Assembly: GCA_002269645.1 (NCBI GenBank)
Contig: NIVC01000430.1
Coordinates: 62,001 to 126,000, forward strand
Reading direction: 5' to 3'
Length of the DNA: 64,000 nucleotides
From: Macrostomum lignano
Lineage: Eukaryota
Position 1 is the first letter of the stretch, and the number at the start of each line of letters is the position of its first letter. This document shows positions 1-12,582 of the stretch, one piece after another. The notes under the pieces were generated by a model. It was not told the origin of the DNA. It ran no database searches and saw only the letters and a program-made list of their open reading frames with translations. Both the position numbers and the translations under genes were made by a program.

Positions 1-483
1 TGAGAGCTAAAATCTTATTTATAGTACTAAATTAATAATAGTATGAAAATATCTTTAATGATTAAAAACTTTTAAATTCCTGTCATTCTCAAAATCATTT
101 CTTAGTTATACTTGATTAATCTTATAATGGTATTGACAGTTGGTTTTATGGCTCTGGATTATTTTTGTGAACCTCTTTGACTAAAGAGCTAATTATACTA
201 CTGATTTCAAATGTTATCAATAAGTTATTTTGTCTTTATTAAATACCATAGTATAAATAAACAAAAGTTATATTGATATTCATATAAAGTATTTTATTCC
301 ATCATTTTAAAACTATTAAAAACTTAATTATATAAAATAAAGTTTGATCAACTGATGCCTTTCCAGGCTTGGGGCAATAATCCTATTATATTTGTTCCTG
401 TTTATGAAATACAGATACAAAAACCAACTTAATCTTTCCCCATTGACAGTGGCAAGCATAAGAAATACCAAGTAGAGAATCAA

Positions 484-1483
484 ATGAACAACAAGTTTCA
501 ACAGTCGCCAAGAGGCAGCCATCGCGGCGGCAGTCGCCGGCCTAGCACTACTAGCAGGGGAGGCAGCATCAGAGCTGGCAGTCACAGTCGCGGTCGGGGC
601 AGTCAAAATCATGGCAGCCATTCAACAGCGCCCGACGCTGCCCTACACGGCACCAGAGGCGGGGGTGTTGTCAGCAGAGCCAGGGGTTTGTTGTCCTATC
701 GTCGCATAGGCAATGCCCAACAGCAGCAGCGTTTCAGTAGTGCCGCTTCGTCTTACTGGCAGCAGCAGCAGCAGCAGCAGTATCAGCAGGTTTCACAGTC
801 GTCGGCCTCCTCGATGATGACAATGCCGCCACCTTCAGCGCCGCCGCCACAGAGGCCGTGGCAGCAGCGTCAGCAGCAGCAGCAGCAGCAGCTGCGCGGC
901 CGAGGATCCCCGAGCCGTCAAAAACGCTACGCTGGTCGACGTCGTGTCTCCGCATCGAACGCTGCATCTTCAATCTTCATCTCAGCAGCATCAGCATCAG
1001 TCCTCGTCAACAGCTTCCACTTCAACGACGTCAACTTCGGCTGCCGTAGTTGATCCGCTCAATCTGCGCTGGGTGGCCGCTGAAAGCGAGCGTCGGGCGC
1101 GACGTGGTCACTCGCCGCTGCCTGGCGATAGTCCCGAGCCGGAGCCTCCGTCCGCGAATCAGCAGCAGCAACAGCAGCAGCAGAAATTCGTAGCCATGTA
1201 CGGAAATTTCCGGGCCGATTATAACAGGCAGACGCGCGGGGCTAGCGAGTTTAATATTGGTCAGATGCAGGACGACCGGCTGCAACTGCTGCAGCAGGAT
1301 TGGTACACGGGCAGGGACGTGTTGGATATCGGCTGCAACGACGGCGTATTCTCAATGCGCATTGCCGAGGCTATGGGAGTTAAATCTTTGACTGGTCTGG
1401 ACATTGACGAGGAGCTGGTGCGCACTGCCCAGAGCAATCTTGAGGATCGCCTGCGCGAGCTTGAGAAAGAGGAGGAAGGCAAG
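484..1483 (+). CDS. MEPCE: 7SK methylphosphate capping enzyme (Bin3/MEPCE), 5' coding region; frame changes between ~790 and 1051
   Basis: Frame-2 motifs DPLNL, SPLP, YGNF..Y and SAM-binding VLDIGCNDG...LDID; donor AAG|GTGAGA at 1484 (phase 0). The ATG at 484 opens a Q/R/G-rich frame 1 that stops at 1051-1053, so the 5' end is uncertain. Confidence 0.8.
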
Positions 1484-1589
1484 GTGAGAAACGTTTGTTT
1501 GAGGCTGGGTTACTCGCGAATAATAGCTACTGACAGTAGTGTCATGGCTCTGCACCCCATATTTTCGGTTTGTTGGGTCACCCGTAATC

Positions 1590-1995
1590 CTCCCAGATCC
1601 TTAGTTACTGAGCCACCAGCCTCCCAGATCCTCATTTGCTGGGCCAGCCTCCCAGATCCTCAGTTGCTGGGCCAGCCTCCCAGAGTTTCAGTTGCTGGGC
1701 CAGCCTCCCAGAGTGTCAGTTGCTGGGCCAGCCTCCCAGAGTGTCAGTTGCTGGGCCAGCCTCCCAGATCATCAGTTGCTGGGCCAGCCTCCCAGATCAT
1801 CAGTTGCTGGGCCAGCCTCCCAGATCCTCAGTTGCTGGGCCAGCCTCCCAGAGTGTCAGTTGCTGGGCCAGCCTCCCAGAGTGTCAGTTGCTGGGCCAGC
1901 CTCCCAGAGTGTCAGTTGCTGGGCCAGCCTCCCAGATCATCAGTTGCTGGGCCAGCCTCCCAGATCCTCAGTTGCTGGGCCAGCCTCCCAGATGC
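1590..1995. repeat. 28-bp minisatellite in MEPCE intron
   Basis: Unit GCTGGGCCAGCCTCCCAGATCCTCAGTT with variants. Confidence 0.95.
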
Positions 1996-2077
1996 TCAAA
2001 AATGAAGTTAAACTACTATGAGTAGAGTAAACTGCAGTTCGAAACCCTACCAGTAAACGAATCTTTCCCACCCGCAG

Positions 2078-2803
2078 TCGCCGGACCGCGGCGGTTTCCC
2101 CTACAACATAACCTTTAAAGCCGGCAATTACGTGTTAGAAAACGAGTCGGACTTGGCGAGAGTCGAAGAGAACAAATACGACGTGATCCAAGCGTTCAGC
2201 ATCACGAAATGGATCCATCTGAACTGGGGCGACAGAGGCCTGAAATTATTCTTTAAACGGGCCTACCGCGAGCTGAGGCCCGACGGCAAATTCATAGTTG
2301 AGCCGCAGCCATACAAGTCCTATCAGCGCACTCTGCTATGCCCAACTCACAAGCAAAACTATGCCAGCAATATTGAATTGAAGCCGGAACAGTTTAAACA
2401 ATATTTGGAACGAGAAGTTGGATTTGCTCACATTGTGTCAGTCTGGGAGCAGCAGCAGTGTCACGGATTCCAACAGCCATTGCTGCTGTGCTCGAAGCCG
2501 TCCGGCCGTACGCCAGCCCTGGCCCGGGAGCCGTCGCAGCACAATTTCCGTCTATTCGTGCCCTCGCATCCTCTGCGTGCTCAACTGAATCCGTCACCAT
2601 ATCAGACGGATTCAATTGATCAGTTTTATATTGATAATGGCAATGGCGGGCCGGAGGATATGCTGCTCTACGATAATGAAGACGATGCTGCCGCTGATGA
2701 TGGAGCAGACGGTGTCAAGTCCAGTTCAGTTGAACAGTCTGACGATACTGCCAAGTCTGCAACTGTTGATGATGAAGCTAAAGATGCTGGGGATGCTGAG
2801 TGA
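2078..2803 (+). CDS. MEPCE: MEPCE 3' exon (Bin3 methyltransferase domain, acidic tail)
   Basis: Acceptor CCCGCAG|TCG at 2077/2078, phase 0; FPYNITFKAGNYV, YDVIQAFSITKWIHLNWGDRGLK, LRPDGKFIVEPQPYKSY match the Bin3 domain. Confidence 0.92.
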   Translation, partial: SPDRGGFPYNITFKAGNYVLENESDLARVEENKYDVIQAFSITKWIHLNWGDRGLKLFFKRAYRELRPDGKFIVEPQPYKSYQRTLLCPTHKQNYASNIELKPEQFKQYLEREVGFAHIVSVWEQQQCHGFQQPLLLCSKPSGRTPALAREPSQHNFRLFVPSHPLRAQLNPSPYQTDSIDQFYIDNGNGGPEDMLLYDNEDDAAADDGADGVKSSSVEQSDDTAKSATVDDEAKDAGDAE

Positions 2804-2949
2804 TGTTTTATTTATTAGTACCAGTAACTGTTGCCCATGAATCGCATGCATCTTTCATTTAAAGCGTAATTGTTTAGCACCTTCACAGTTCTCTTATTTG
2901 TATGGCTTTGAAAATTATGCTGAATTGGCCTGCTAAACATAACTATTAG

Positions 2950-3541
2950 GAAATCGCCCCTAAAATCTAAGAATCGCCCCTAAAACCCTAATCTAAAAGA
3001 ATCACCCCTAAAATCTAATCTAAAAGAATCGCCCATAATTTCTAATCTAAAAAATCACCCCTAAAATCTAATCTAAAAGAATCGCCCCTAAAACCCTAAT
3101 ATAAAAGAATCGCCCCTAAAACCCTAAACTAAAATAATCGCCCCTAAAATCTAGTCTAAAAGAATCGCCCCTAAAATCTAATCTAAAAGAATCGCCCCTA
3201 AAATCTAATCTAAAACAATTGCCCCCTAAAATCTTATCTAAAACAATCGCCCCCTAAAATCTAATCTGAAAGAATGGCCCCTAAAAGCCTAATCTAAAAA
3301 TATCGCCCCTAAAATCTAATCTAAAAGAATGGCCCCTAAAATCTAATCTAAAAGAATCGCCCCTAAAATCTAATCTAAAAGAATGGCCCCTAAAATCTAA
3401 TCTAAAAGAATCGCCCCTATAACCCTAATCTAAAAGAATCGCCCCTAAAACCCTAATCTAAAAGAATCGCCCCTAAAGCCTAATCTAAAAGAATCGCCCC
3501 TAAAATCTCATCTGAAAGAATGGCCCTAAAACCCTAATCTA
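2950..3541. repeat. ~30-bp minisatellite
   Basis: Unit ~AAAAGAATCGCCCCTAAAATCTAATCT(A). Confidence 0.95.
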
Positions 3542-4124
3542 CTATGTCACTGTTTGCTAAAGAATGTGCAAAACATTTAAATTTTATTTTTGCAATTTTA
3601 AAAAGTACGAATGTTGGCATTAAAGTTTTGCATATTTTTATTATGCTTATATACATGCAGTTACTTTAATTAGTTAAATTCATTACACTCGTAGTAATAA
3701 GTATTCTATTGTACTATTTTTCCGTACTGTATTAACAATCATAAATTATAGTACTTATAGTAGCGCACTCCAGTACAACACGTTGCCTTTGCTTTTAAGT
3801 GCTGTTGTTGCTATGCTAAATTCAGTTGGCAGCTAACTCTGCTAGCCTTTGCTTCTTGATAATTCTTTCCTGGCGTTCAGGTGTTTGCTTTGTTTGTAAG
3901 CAAATATTTTATTTCATTTTTCTGTATATAAATGTACTGTTAGTGTTTGCTTATCATTTGCTGCATTATAAATATAAATATATTATATTCGTCACTGAAT
4001 TGTTATGTTGCCAATTTAGTGACTTAATTAGGCTGATCTTGGCTCGGCATTATATTGTATCGCATATTCAATCTAATGGTGTTCACTCGAGTTAATAATT
4101 TCATAGTCAATTAGTTCTACAGGT

Positions 4125-4710
4125 TCTGTGTCGAGAGTGAGTTCTGCTGTAGATCTGTGTACTCGAGTGAGTTCTGCTGTAGATCTGTGTACTCGAGTGA
4201 GCTCTGCTGTAGATCTGTGTACTCGAGTGAGTTCTGCTGTAGATCTGTGTACTCGAGTGAGCTCTGCTGTAGATCTGTGTACTTGAGTGAGCTCTGCTGT
4301 AGATCTGTGTACTCGAGTGAGTTCTGCTGTAGATCTGTGTACTCGAGTGAGCTCTGCTGTAGATCTGTGTACTTGAGTGAGCTCTGCTGTAGATCTGTGT
4401 ACTCGAGTGAGCTCTGCTGTAGGTCTGTGTACTTGAGTGAGCTCTGCTGTAGATCTGTGTACTCGAGTGAGCTCTGCTGTAGATCTGTGTACTTGAGTGA
4501 GCTCTGCTGTAGATCTGTGTACTCGAGTGAGCTCTGCTGTAGGTCTGTGTACTTGAGTGAGCTCTGCTGTAGATCTGTGTACTTGAGTGAGCTCTGCTGT
4601 AGATCTGTGTACTCGAGTGAGCTCTGCTGTAGATCTGTGTACTTGAGTGAGCTCTGCTGTAGATCTGTGTACTTGAGTGAGCTCTGCTGTAGGTCTGTGT
4701 ACTCGGTTGA
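4125..4710. repeat. 30-bp minisatellite
   Basis: Unit GAGTGAGCTCTGCTGTAGATCTGTGTACTC; explains the repetitive ORFs at 4073-4759. Confidence 0.95.
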
Positions 4711-5132
4711 GCACTGCAGATCAATTGTTTTGTTGATGCCACTGTTAAAACTACAATAGTATGTTAATGCTGTTGTTATGGAGAGCTGAAAACAATTTAG
4801 TCAGTTAATATTAATTGATTCTCATCATAGCGGCTATACAATGCCTTTCTGTCAATCCTTATTCGAGTGAATCTACTGCGTTCAGTGAGCAACTACAATT
4901 AGATAATTGACTAAGCGCTTATTGTTATTAGCAAACAATAGAATTCCTTCATCATGGCATGGCTGAGAAGTTTCCTACAATGCTGAGAATATTGATTCTC
5001 ATGCAAAACATCCTCATAAGCAGCATTCGTAGACAAAAGCATAAATTATCAAAAAATACTCGCTCGTCTATAAGAATGAGGAAACTTGGCCTTTTCTAGC
5101 TTGCTTTTCTGAGCTCCCAGAAGACAAGAAGA

Positions 5133-5193
5133 ATGCTGTTGATAACCATAATTTCTGTTGCTGTGAACGTTGGCGCTTGTGCACTGGGCGAAG
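5133..5193 (+). CDS. PAN-fibrinogen protein exon 1 (signal peptide)
   Basis: MLLITIISVAVNVGACALGE, hydrophobic; donor G|GTAAGG, phase 1, in phase with the next exon. Confidence 0.65.
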
Positions 5194-5620
5194 GTAAGGA
5201 ACTAGAAGTAAGTGTTTTTTTAAGCGATCCATAACTTTATTTTTTTGTAGTTGGTATGATATTTTAACTAATTTGCAGAGCTATAATTAAACAATAGGCT
5301 AGAGGGAGCACTGAGTACTTTTGTCGTTGCAACGTTCACAGAGACGTGAATCATGCCTAACGATAAATAAAGTTAGAGCCGCTGTGTGAGTGTCTTTCTG
5401 TCTGTTTTTTTCAGTTTTCTTCAGTTTGGACTTTTATCTAAATTAATAGGATATTCACTGATGCGTGTGGACTGATGAAATTACAGTAGCAACTTCGATA
5501 AGCTCACCTATCAAAGAATCACGACGAAATTCTTGTTGCTTTTGAAAGCCCCGGCCCCTCGTACTTTACTTAGCAAGTAGTATATAAGAATCGTGATTTT
5601 TTCTGATGACTTTTAACAGA

Positions 5621-5880
5621 CTTCTCCAGCTTCCCAGCGCCGGAAACGGCTACAGCTTTGCTGACGACTCCAGCTGTGTCTGCTCCTGGCCGCAGCGAGG
5701 CAGACTGCGTACTGCAGTGCTCTGCAGTCTCACCCTGCATCTGCGGCGCTGTCGCCTTCGTGAGCAGAACGGGTATCGGTCTGTGCCTGTTCTTTACCGA
5801 TCGCAATGTCAACAAAGCCGCGTCGACAGAAGATGCCATTGTCTATCGAAGATTGAAGCTGGAATCTCCGCATGGAGACT
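5621..5880 (+). CDS. PAN-fibrinogen protein exon 2 (PAN/apple-like module)
   Basis: TTTTAACAG acceptor, T|GTGAGT donor; EADCVLQCSAVSPCICGAVAF...LCLF cysteine spacing resembles PAN/apple. Confidence 0.7.
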
Positions 5881-6063
5881 GTGAGTGAAAATGTTCATGA
5901 GAGTGAGAGGGAATTGAAATTTTCCACTATGTGCAATATAGTTTTTATTGAAGACCTCCTCTAGAACTGTTGTGTACTTCTAAACTGCAAAGCTTCGACA
6001 TACTGTAAGACCTGTATGATGAATAATTAATCTTCAAAAGGCGATATAAAATACCTGATGCAG

Positions 6064-6213
6064 GCATCAAACCGAGCTGGAGTACAAGTTTCGTGCAGCT
6101 GGGCAGCAGACGATTCGTCATCATCCAGCAGAGATCGAATGGCAGGCTGAGCTTCGAACGAAATTGGACCGAATATGAGAATGGATTCGGTGACGCTGAG
6201 GAGTTTTGGGTTG
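6064..6213 (+). CDS. PAN-fibrinogen protein exon 3 (fibrinogen C-domain start)
   Basis: IIQQRSNGRLSFERNWTEYENGFGDAEEFWVG is the FReD signature; CAG acceptor, G|GTGAGA donor, phase 1. Confidence 0.9.
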
Positions 6214-6269
6214 GTGAGACGTCTTTATTGAATACCGTGGAGCTGTGCTCAAACTGTTTTCAATCCTGT

Positions 6270-6775
6270 GAAACTTCAGTCCTGTGAACCTTCAATCCTG
6301 TGAGCATTCGATCTTGTGAACCTTCAATTTTGTGAACCTTCAATCCTGTGAGACTTCAATCCTGTGAACCTTCAATCCTGTGAACCTTCAATCCTGTGAA
6401 CCTTCAATCCTGTGAGCATTCGATCTTGTGAACCTTCAATTTTGTGAACCTTCAATCCTGTGAGACTTCAATCCTGTGAACCTTCAATCCTGTGAACCTT
6501 CAATCCTTTGAACCTTTGATCTGGGGAAATTCGATTTTGTGAACCTTCAATCTTGTGAGCCTTCAATCTTGGGAACCTTCGATCCCGTGAGCCTTCAATC
6601 CTGTGAACCTTCAATCCTGCGAACCTTCGATCCTGTGAACCTTCAATCCTGCGAACCTTCGATCCTGTGAACTTTCGATCCTGTGAACCTTCAATCCTGT
6701 GAGCCTTAAATCCTGTGAACCTTCGATTCTGTGAACCTTGGATTCTGTGAACCTTCGATCCTGTGAACCTTCGAT
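6270..6775. repeat. 16-bp minisatellite in FReD intron
   Basis: Unit CCTGTGAACCTTCAAT. Confidence 0.95.
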
Positions 6776-6819
6776 ACTCTAAGAAAAGCAACTGACCGAC
6801 CGCCTTGAAAATATCACAG

Positions 6820-7238
6820 GACTACGTGCTATTCATCACGTGACTGGCAGTTCACCGAGACAGCTAAGAGTCGAAGCCGTCTCCCATTCCAACATCCTGT
6901 ACGTAGCCGAGTACTCCCACTTCAGCGTAGCCGGTTCCGACACGAACTACGTTATGACCTATAAAGCTTATTTGAGCGGCCACTCAAACACGACCGGCGA
7001 TTCGCTTAGCACTCACAAAGGCATGCAGTTCTCAACTATGGACAGGGACAATGACAAGAAAAGCGGTTCCTGCTCCAAGACTAGGGGCAACGCAGGCTGG
7101 TGGCTCAACTCGTGCCTGCAGAGCAATCCGAATGGTATCAATGGCGAGTACGCTGGGTCCGTCTACGGCAGAATGCTCTGGAGCCATGCTGACGACTGGA
7201 ACCCGCTGAAATCTATTCGAATAATGCTGCTCGTGTAG
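6820..7238 (+). CDS. PAN-fibrinogen protein exon 4 (fibrinogen C-domain end)
   Basis: GLRAIHHVT..QLRVE..AEYSHFSV..GDSL..HKGMQFSTMDRDND..C..GWWLNSC..SNPNG; stop at 7236-7238. Confidence 0.92.
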
Positions 7239-7309
7239 AGAAATACAAGAGCCAGGAATCCAACTGATTAGTGTCAACTGAACTCTGAAAATAACTATAA
7301 TTAATCAAG

Positions 7310-7890
7310 AACTTCGGAACTATCGGGACTATATCGGGACTATCGGGACTATATCGGGACTATCGAGACTATATCGGGACTATATTGGGACTATCGGGAC
7401 CTTCAGGACTGTCGGGACCTTCGGAACTATCGGGACCCTCGGGACTTTCGGGACTATCGGGACCATCGAGACTGTCTGGACCATCAGGACTATATTGGGA
7501 CCACCAGGACTATATCAGGACCTTCAGAACTATATCGGGACTTCGGGACCTTCGGGACTAAATCGGGACCTTCGCGACTATATCAGGACCTTCGGGACTA
7601 TATCAGGACCTTCGGGACTATATCAGGACCTTCGGGACTATATCAGGACCTTCGGGACTATATCAGGACCTTCGGGACTATATCAGTACCTTCGGGACTA
7701 TATCAGGACCTTCGGGACTATATCAGGACCTTCGGGACTATATCAGGACCTTCAGGACTATATCAGGACCTTCGGGATTATATCGGGACCTTCAAGACTA
7801 CATGTATCAGTACGATCGGAACCTTCAAGACTAACGGGACCTTCGGGACTATTGGGACTATATCGAGACATTTAGGACCTTTGAGACCTT
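7310..7890. repeat. 20-bp minisatellite with degenerate flanks
   Basis: Unit GGGACTATATCAGGACCTTC. Confidence 0.9.
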
Positions 7891-7899
7891 TCGGATCCT

Positions 7900-8560
7900 A
7901 CATTATACCTGTTAGTGTCTGTGCTACCTAATCCTATATTATACCTGTTAGTGTCTGTGCTACCTGATCCTATATTATACCTGTTAGTGTCTGTGCTACC
8001 TGATCCTATATTATACCTGTTAGTGTCTGTGCTATCTGATCCTATATTATATACCTGTTAGTGTCTGTGCTACCTGATCCTATATTATATACCTGTTAGT
8101 GTCTGTGCTAATTGATCCTATATTATATACCTCTTAGTTTCTGTGCTACCTGATCCTATATTACATACCTGTTAGTGTCTGTGCTACCTGATCCTATATT
8201 ATATACCTGTTAGTGTCTGTGCTACCTGATCCTATATTATATACCTGTTAGTGTCTGTGCTACCTGATCCTATATTATATACCTGTTAGTGTCTGTGCTA
8301 CCTGATCCTATATTATATACCTGTTAGTGTCTGTGCTACCTGATCCTATATTATATACCTGTTAGTGTCTGTGCTACCTGATCCTATATTATATACCTGT
8401 TAGTGTCTGTGCTACCTGATCCTATATTATATACCTGTTAGTGTCTGTGCTATCTGATCCTATATTATATACCTGTTAGTGTCTGTGCTATCTGATCCTA
8501 TATTATATACCTGTTAGGATCTGTGCTATCTGATCCTATATTACATACCTCTTAGTGCTT
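7900..8560. repeat. 38-bp minisatellite
   Basis: Unit CTGATCCTATATTATATACCTGTTAGTGTCTGTGCTAC. Confidence 0.95.
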
Positions 8561-9073
8561 GATGTGTCTTTATGCAACTTCTCGTCCAAAATTGTGCACT
8601 TTTTTGTTTTTGGTCAAATCCCTAGCTGAAACTATTAATTACTGTTTACTTATTGTACTAACAAATTCAGTTAATCGATTCGCTGAACTTACTGTGTCTG
8701 TAGTGATCCTGTACTGTGTCTGTAGTGATCATGTACTGTGTTTGTCTGTCACAGAGTTTCCCACAGAAATTTATCTGCAATCCCGACTCAAAAAGTCGGA
8801 ATTAATTTTGAGTCATCATGATAACAGCTGAATTAAGGTAGTGATTTTATTTGAAAATACATTTTTAATCCACCTGTTTGAATTAAATAAAACTCAGCTC
8901 AACACTCAACACTCGTAAACTTTAGTCTTCTAAAAATCGATGTTGTTTATCGATGCCTTGTGAAGCTACTACAGAAGTGGCTTCTGTTTAACTCTCCTCT
9001 CCTCTCTCTCCATTTTATCAGCTATTACCAATTAAGTGGTAAGAAATTTTTTAATCTAGCTTATACGCAGTAG

Positions 9074-9150
9074 TGGAGCAATCATCCATCACGGTTAGAA
9101 AATTATAATGACGAAAGCCCAGTCTCTATTCTTCTAAACTCCTTGTCCAG
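9074..9150 (+). CDS. Candidate upstream exon of cNMP-binding-like gene
   Basis: TAG acceptor, AG|GTAGGT donor in phase 2 matching the exon at 9700; WSNHPSRLENYNDESPVSILLNSLS has no recognised motif. Confidence 0.3.
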
Positions 9151-9699
9151 GTAGGTAATTAACGTCAATGTTTTGTGCCTGGATAATTAAGATATGAAGT
9201 TACAACAGTTTTCTCGGCAATTTCACAGCTGGATCGGCAGTTAAAATCAGTCTTTGAAAGCCATCTGCACGAGTAATTGCCAGATAATTTTTTAATTTGT
9301 TTAAGACAGATTCTAGAGCATAATTGATGAGCAAAAATTGGTTCCGAGTCGCCCCCAAAATTGATCAATTTACTTCTGCTGCATATAAGCTTGCCGTCCA
9401 TTGCTAAGAAGCATCTGGCACCTAGCACCAATGGCCCAGCTCGGCTCCTTGTCTATCTTTAAGCCAGCAGCCCATGTGCTCAGCAAATCCCTGACTACAC
9501 TGCTCAACAGGCTTGGCTGCGACTTTGGCGAGAAAACTCTGGTCAATTTGGTGAGCATCTTGCTGATGAATATTGACAGTACAGTTCTGCGGTGCAAATT
9601 TGACATGCATTTCCCAAGCTCACAGCCAGTTTAACTGCAATTTCAGCCATTCTACGAGAAATCACCGAAAGACCGGTTGAGCATAGTTAAAGCGCTTAG

Positions 9700-9782
9700 G
9701 AGCACTTCATACTTTGATGTTCTCGAGGACAGCGACCTGGAGAGAATCGCTGACGCCATGAGCGTGCTGCCGGTCGGACTGA
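9700..9782 (+). CDS. cNMP-binding-like domain, N-terminal helix exon
   Basis: TTAG acceptor, A|GTGAGT donor; STSYFDVLEDSDLERIADAMSVLPVGL resembles the F..L...L..IADA helix of CNB domains. Confidence 0.6.
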
Positions 9783-9794
9783 GTGAGTTGCATA

Positions 9795-10626
9795 CATTCT
9801 GCTAGTGCTTGTCATTGCTGACATTCTGCTAGTGCTTGTCATTGCTGAAATTCTGCTAGTGCTTGTCATTGCTGACATTCTGCTAGTGTTTGTCATTGCT
9901 GACATTCTGCTAGTGCTTGTCATTGCTGACATTCTGCTAGTGTTTGTCATTGCTGACATTCTGCTAGTGTTTGTCATTGCTGACATTCTGCTAGTGCTTG
10001 TCATTTCTGACATTCTGCTAGTGCTTGTCATTGCTGAAATTCTGCTAGTGCTTGTCATTGCTGACATTCTGCTAGTGTTTGTCATTGCTGACATTCTGCT
10101 AGTGTTTGTCATTGCTGACATTCTGCTAGTGCTTGTCATTGCTGACATTCTGCTAGTGTTTGTCATTGCTGACATTCTGCTAGTGTTTGTCATTGCTGAC
10201 ATCCTGCTAGTGTTTGTCATTGCTGACATTCTGCTAGTGCTTGTCATTGCTGACATTCTGCTAGTGCTTGTCATTGCTGACATTCTGCTAGTGTTTGTCA
10301 TTGCTGACATTCTGCTAGTGTTTGTCATTGCTGACATTCTGCTAGTGTTTGTCATTGCTGACATTCTGCTAGTGCTTGTCATTGCTGACATTCTGCTAGT
10401 GTTTGTCATTGCTAACATTTTGCTAGTGTTTGTCATTGCTGACATTCTGCTAGTGTTTGTCATTGCTGACATCCTGCTAGTGTTTGTCATTGCTGACATT
10501 CTGCTAGTGTTTGTCATTGCTGACATTCTGCTAGTGTTTGTCATTGCTAACATTCTGCTAGTGTTTGTCATTGCTGACATTCTGCTAGTGTTTGTCATTG
10601 CTGACATTCTGCTAGTGTTTGTCATT
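9795..10626. repeat. 27-bp minisatellite (intronic)
   Basis: Unit CTAGTGTTTGTCATTGCTGACATTCTG. Confidence 0.95.
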
Positions 10627-10724
10627 TCGGTTTCGGGACGCATCAATTAAAAAGCTTTTATTCAGTTTCCAGGTAAGTTTGAGGAAGATCAACACCTAGC
10701 TTACGAGTCTTAAAACTAGGCATG

Positions 10725-10863
10725 CTCAGACAGACAGACAGACACTAAGACAGACAGACAGACAGACAGACAGACAACCACTAAGACACTAAGACAGACA
10801 GGCAGCCATTAAGACAGAGAGACAGACAGACAGGCAGACAGAGAGACAGACAGACAGACATTA

Positions 10864-10908
<45 letters not shown>

Positions 10909-11160
10909 CTCGTTATGTTTTCAGGTTACTTCAATATGCTTAAGCCGTTAATTATTAGTGCTGATATCATAGCAGACTTTTACGCTGCTCCAAGGTTCTT
11001 AGTCTTGCTCTTATTTCCTTTTATTTCACAGTTCTCACAGCGGGCTTTTAACCCAAGCATGTCTTTTAGCTTCATTTAGTCCATAGATAAAACAAAACGC
11101 GTCAAACTGCATATGCAATTTAAATAATATCTATATTATGGTCACGTCATATCAACACTA

Positions 11161-11205
<45 letters not shown>

Positions 11206-11278
11206 CTAAGACAGACAGACAGACAGACAGACACTAAGACAGACAGACAGACAGACTACTAAGTCAGACACTAAGGCG

Positions 11279-11322
<44 letters not shown>

Positions 11323-11357
11323 CTAAGACAGACACTAAGACAGACAGACAGACACTA

Positions 11358-11413
<56 letters not shown>

Positions 11414-11580
11414 TACTAAGTCAGACACTAAGGCGGACAGACAGACAGACAGACCACTAAGTCAGACACTAAGACGGACAGACAGACAGACACTAAGACA
11501 GACAGACAGACACTAAGACAGACAGACAGACAGACAGACAGACACTAGGACACACTAAGATAGACAGACAGACAGACAGG
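10725..11580. repeat. (AGAC)n microsatellite blocks (10725-10910 and 11155-11580)
   Basis: AGAC runs interrupted by ACTAAG. Confidence 0.95.
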
Positions 11581-11694
11581 TGCACTGGCATTAGCATTTT
11601 ATAGCTTTTGCCGCATTGCCAATGGTTTAACTTTGCATGTGGGTCCCTATTACAAATGCCGCTAAGCGTTCATGTTTGCATCGATAATTTCCAG

Positions 11695-11907
11695 GAGACA
11701 CCATACCAACCGATAACCTAATGGTGATTCGCAGCGGCAGTTACCAGGTGAAGACTGAAGTGCCCGACAAAGCCAGTGGCCAGGTGCAGCACCTGTTTAG
11801 AGACAGTGGAGTTATCGGTTTTGCCGTCAGTAAACATCAGCAGCAGCATCAGCACCTGCAGGCCACGGTGAAGCCGCTGTCTCCAGGCTCCCTGTTTTTG
11901 ACTCTTC
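11695..11907 (+). CDS. cNMP-binding-like domain, beta-barrel exon (3' end uncertain)
   Basis: TTTCCAG acceptor in phase with the 9782 donor; [16 protein letters not shown]...IGF...QATVKPL..LFLTLQR follows the CNB barrel pattern. Confidence 0.55.
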
Positions 11908-11911
11908 AGCG

Positions 11912-12532
<621 letters not shown>

Positions 12533-12582
12533 GAACCTATAGGAAAATCAATTTTCGATCACATAACTAATTTGTTAGTATA

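Noticed and set aside
4073-4759. Long repetitive ORFs (also 9696-10650, 11910-12242, 27554-28276, 28476-29484, 30183-30953, 34209-34847, 37292-38603, 61565-62175)
   Set aside because: They are translations of minisatellites lacking stops in some frames; several lie within introns of defined genes.
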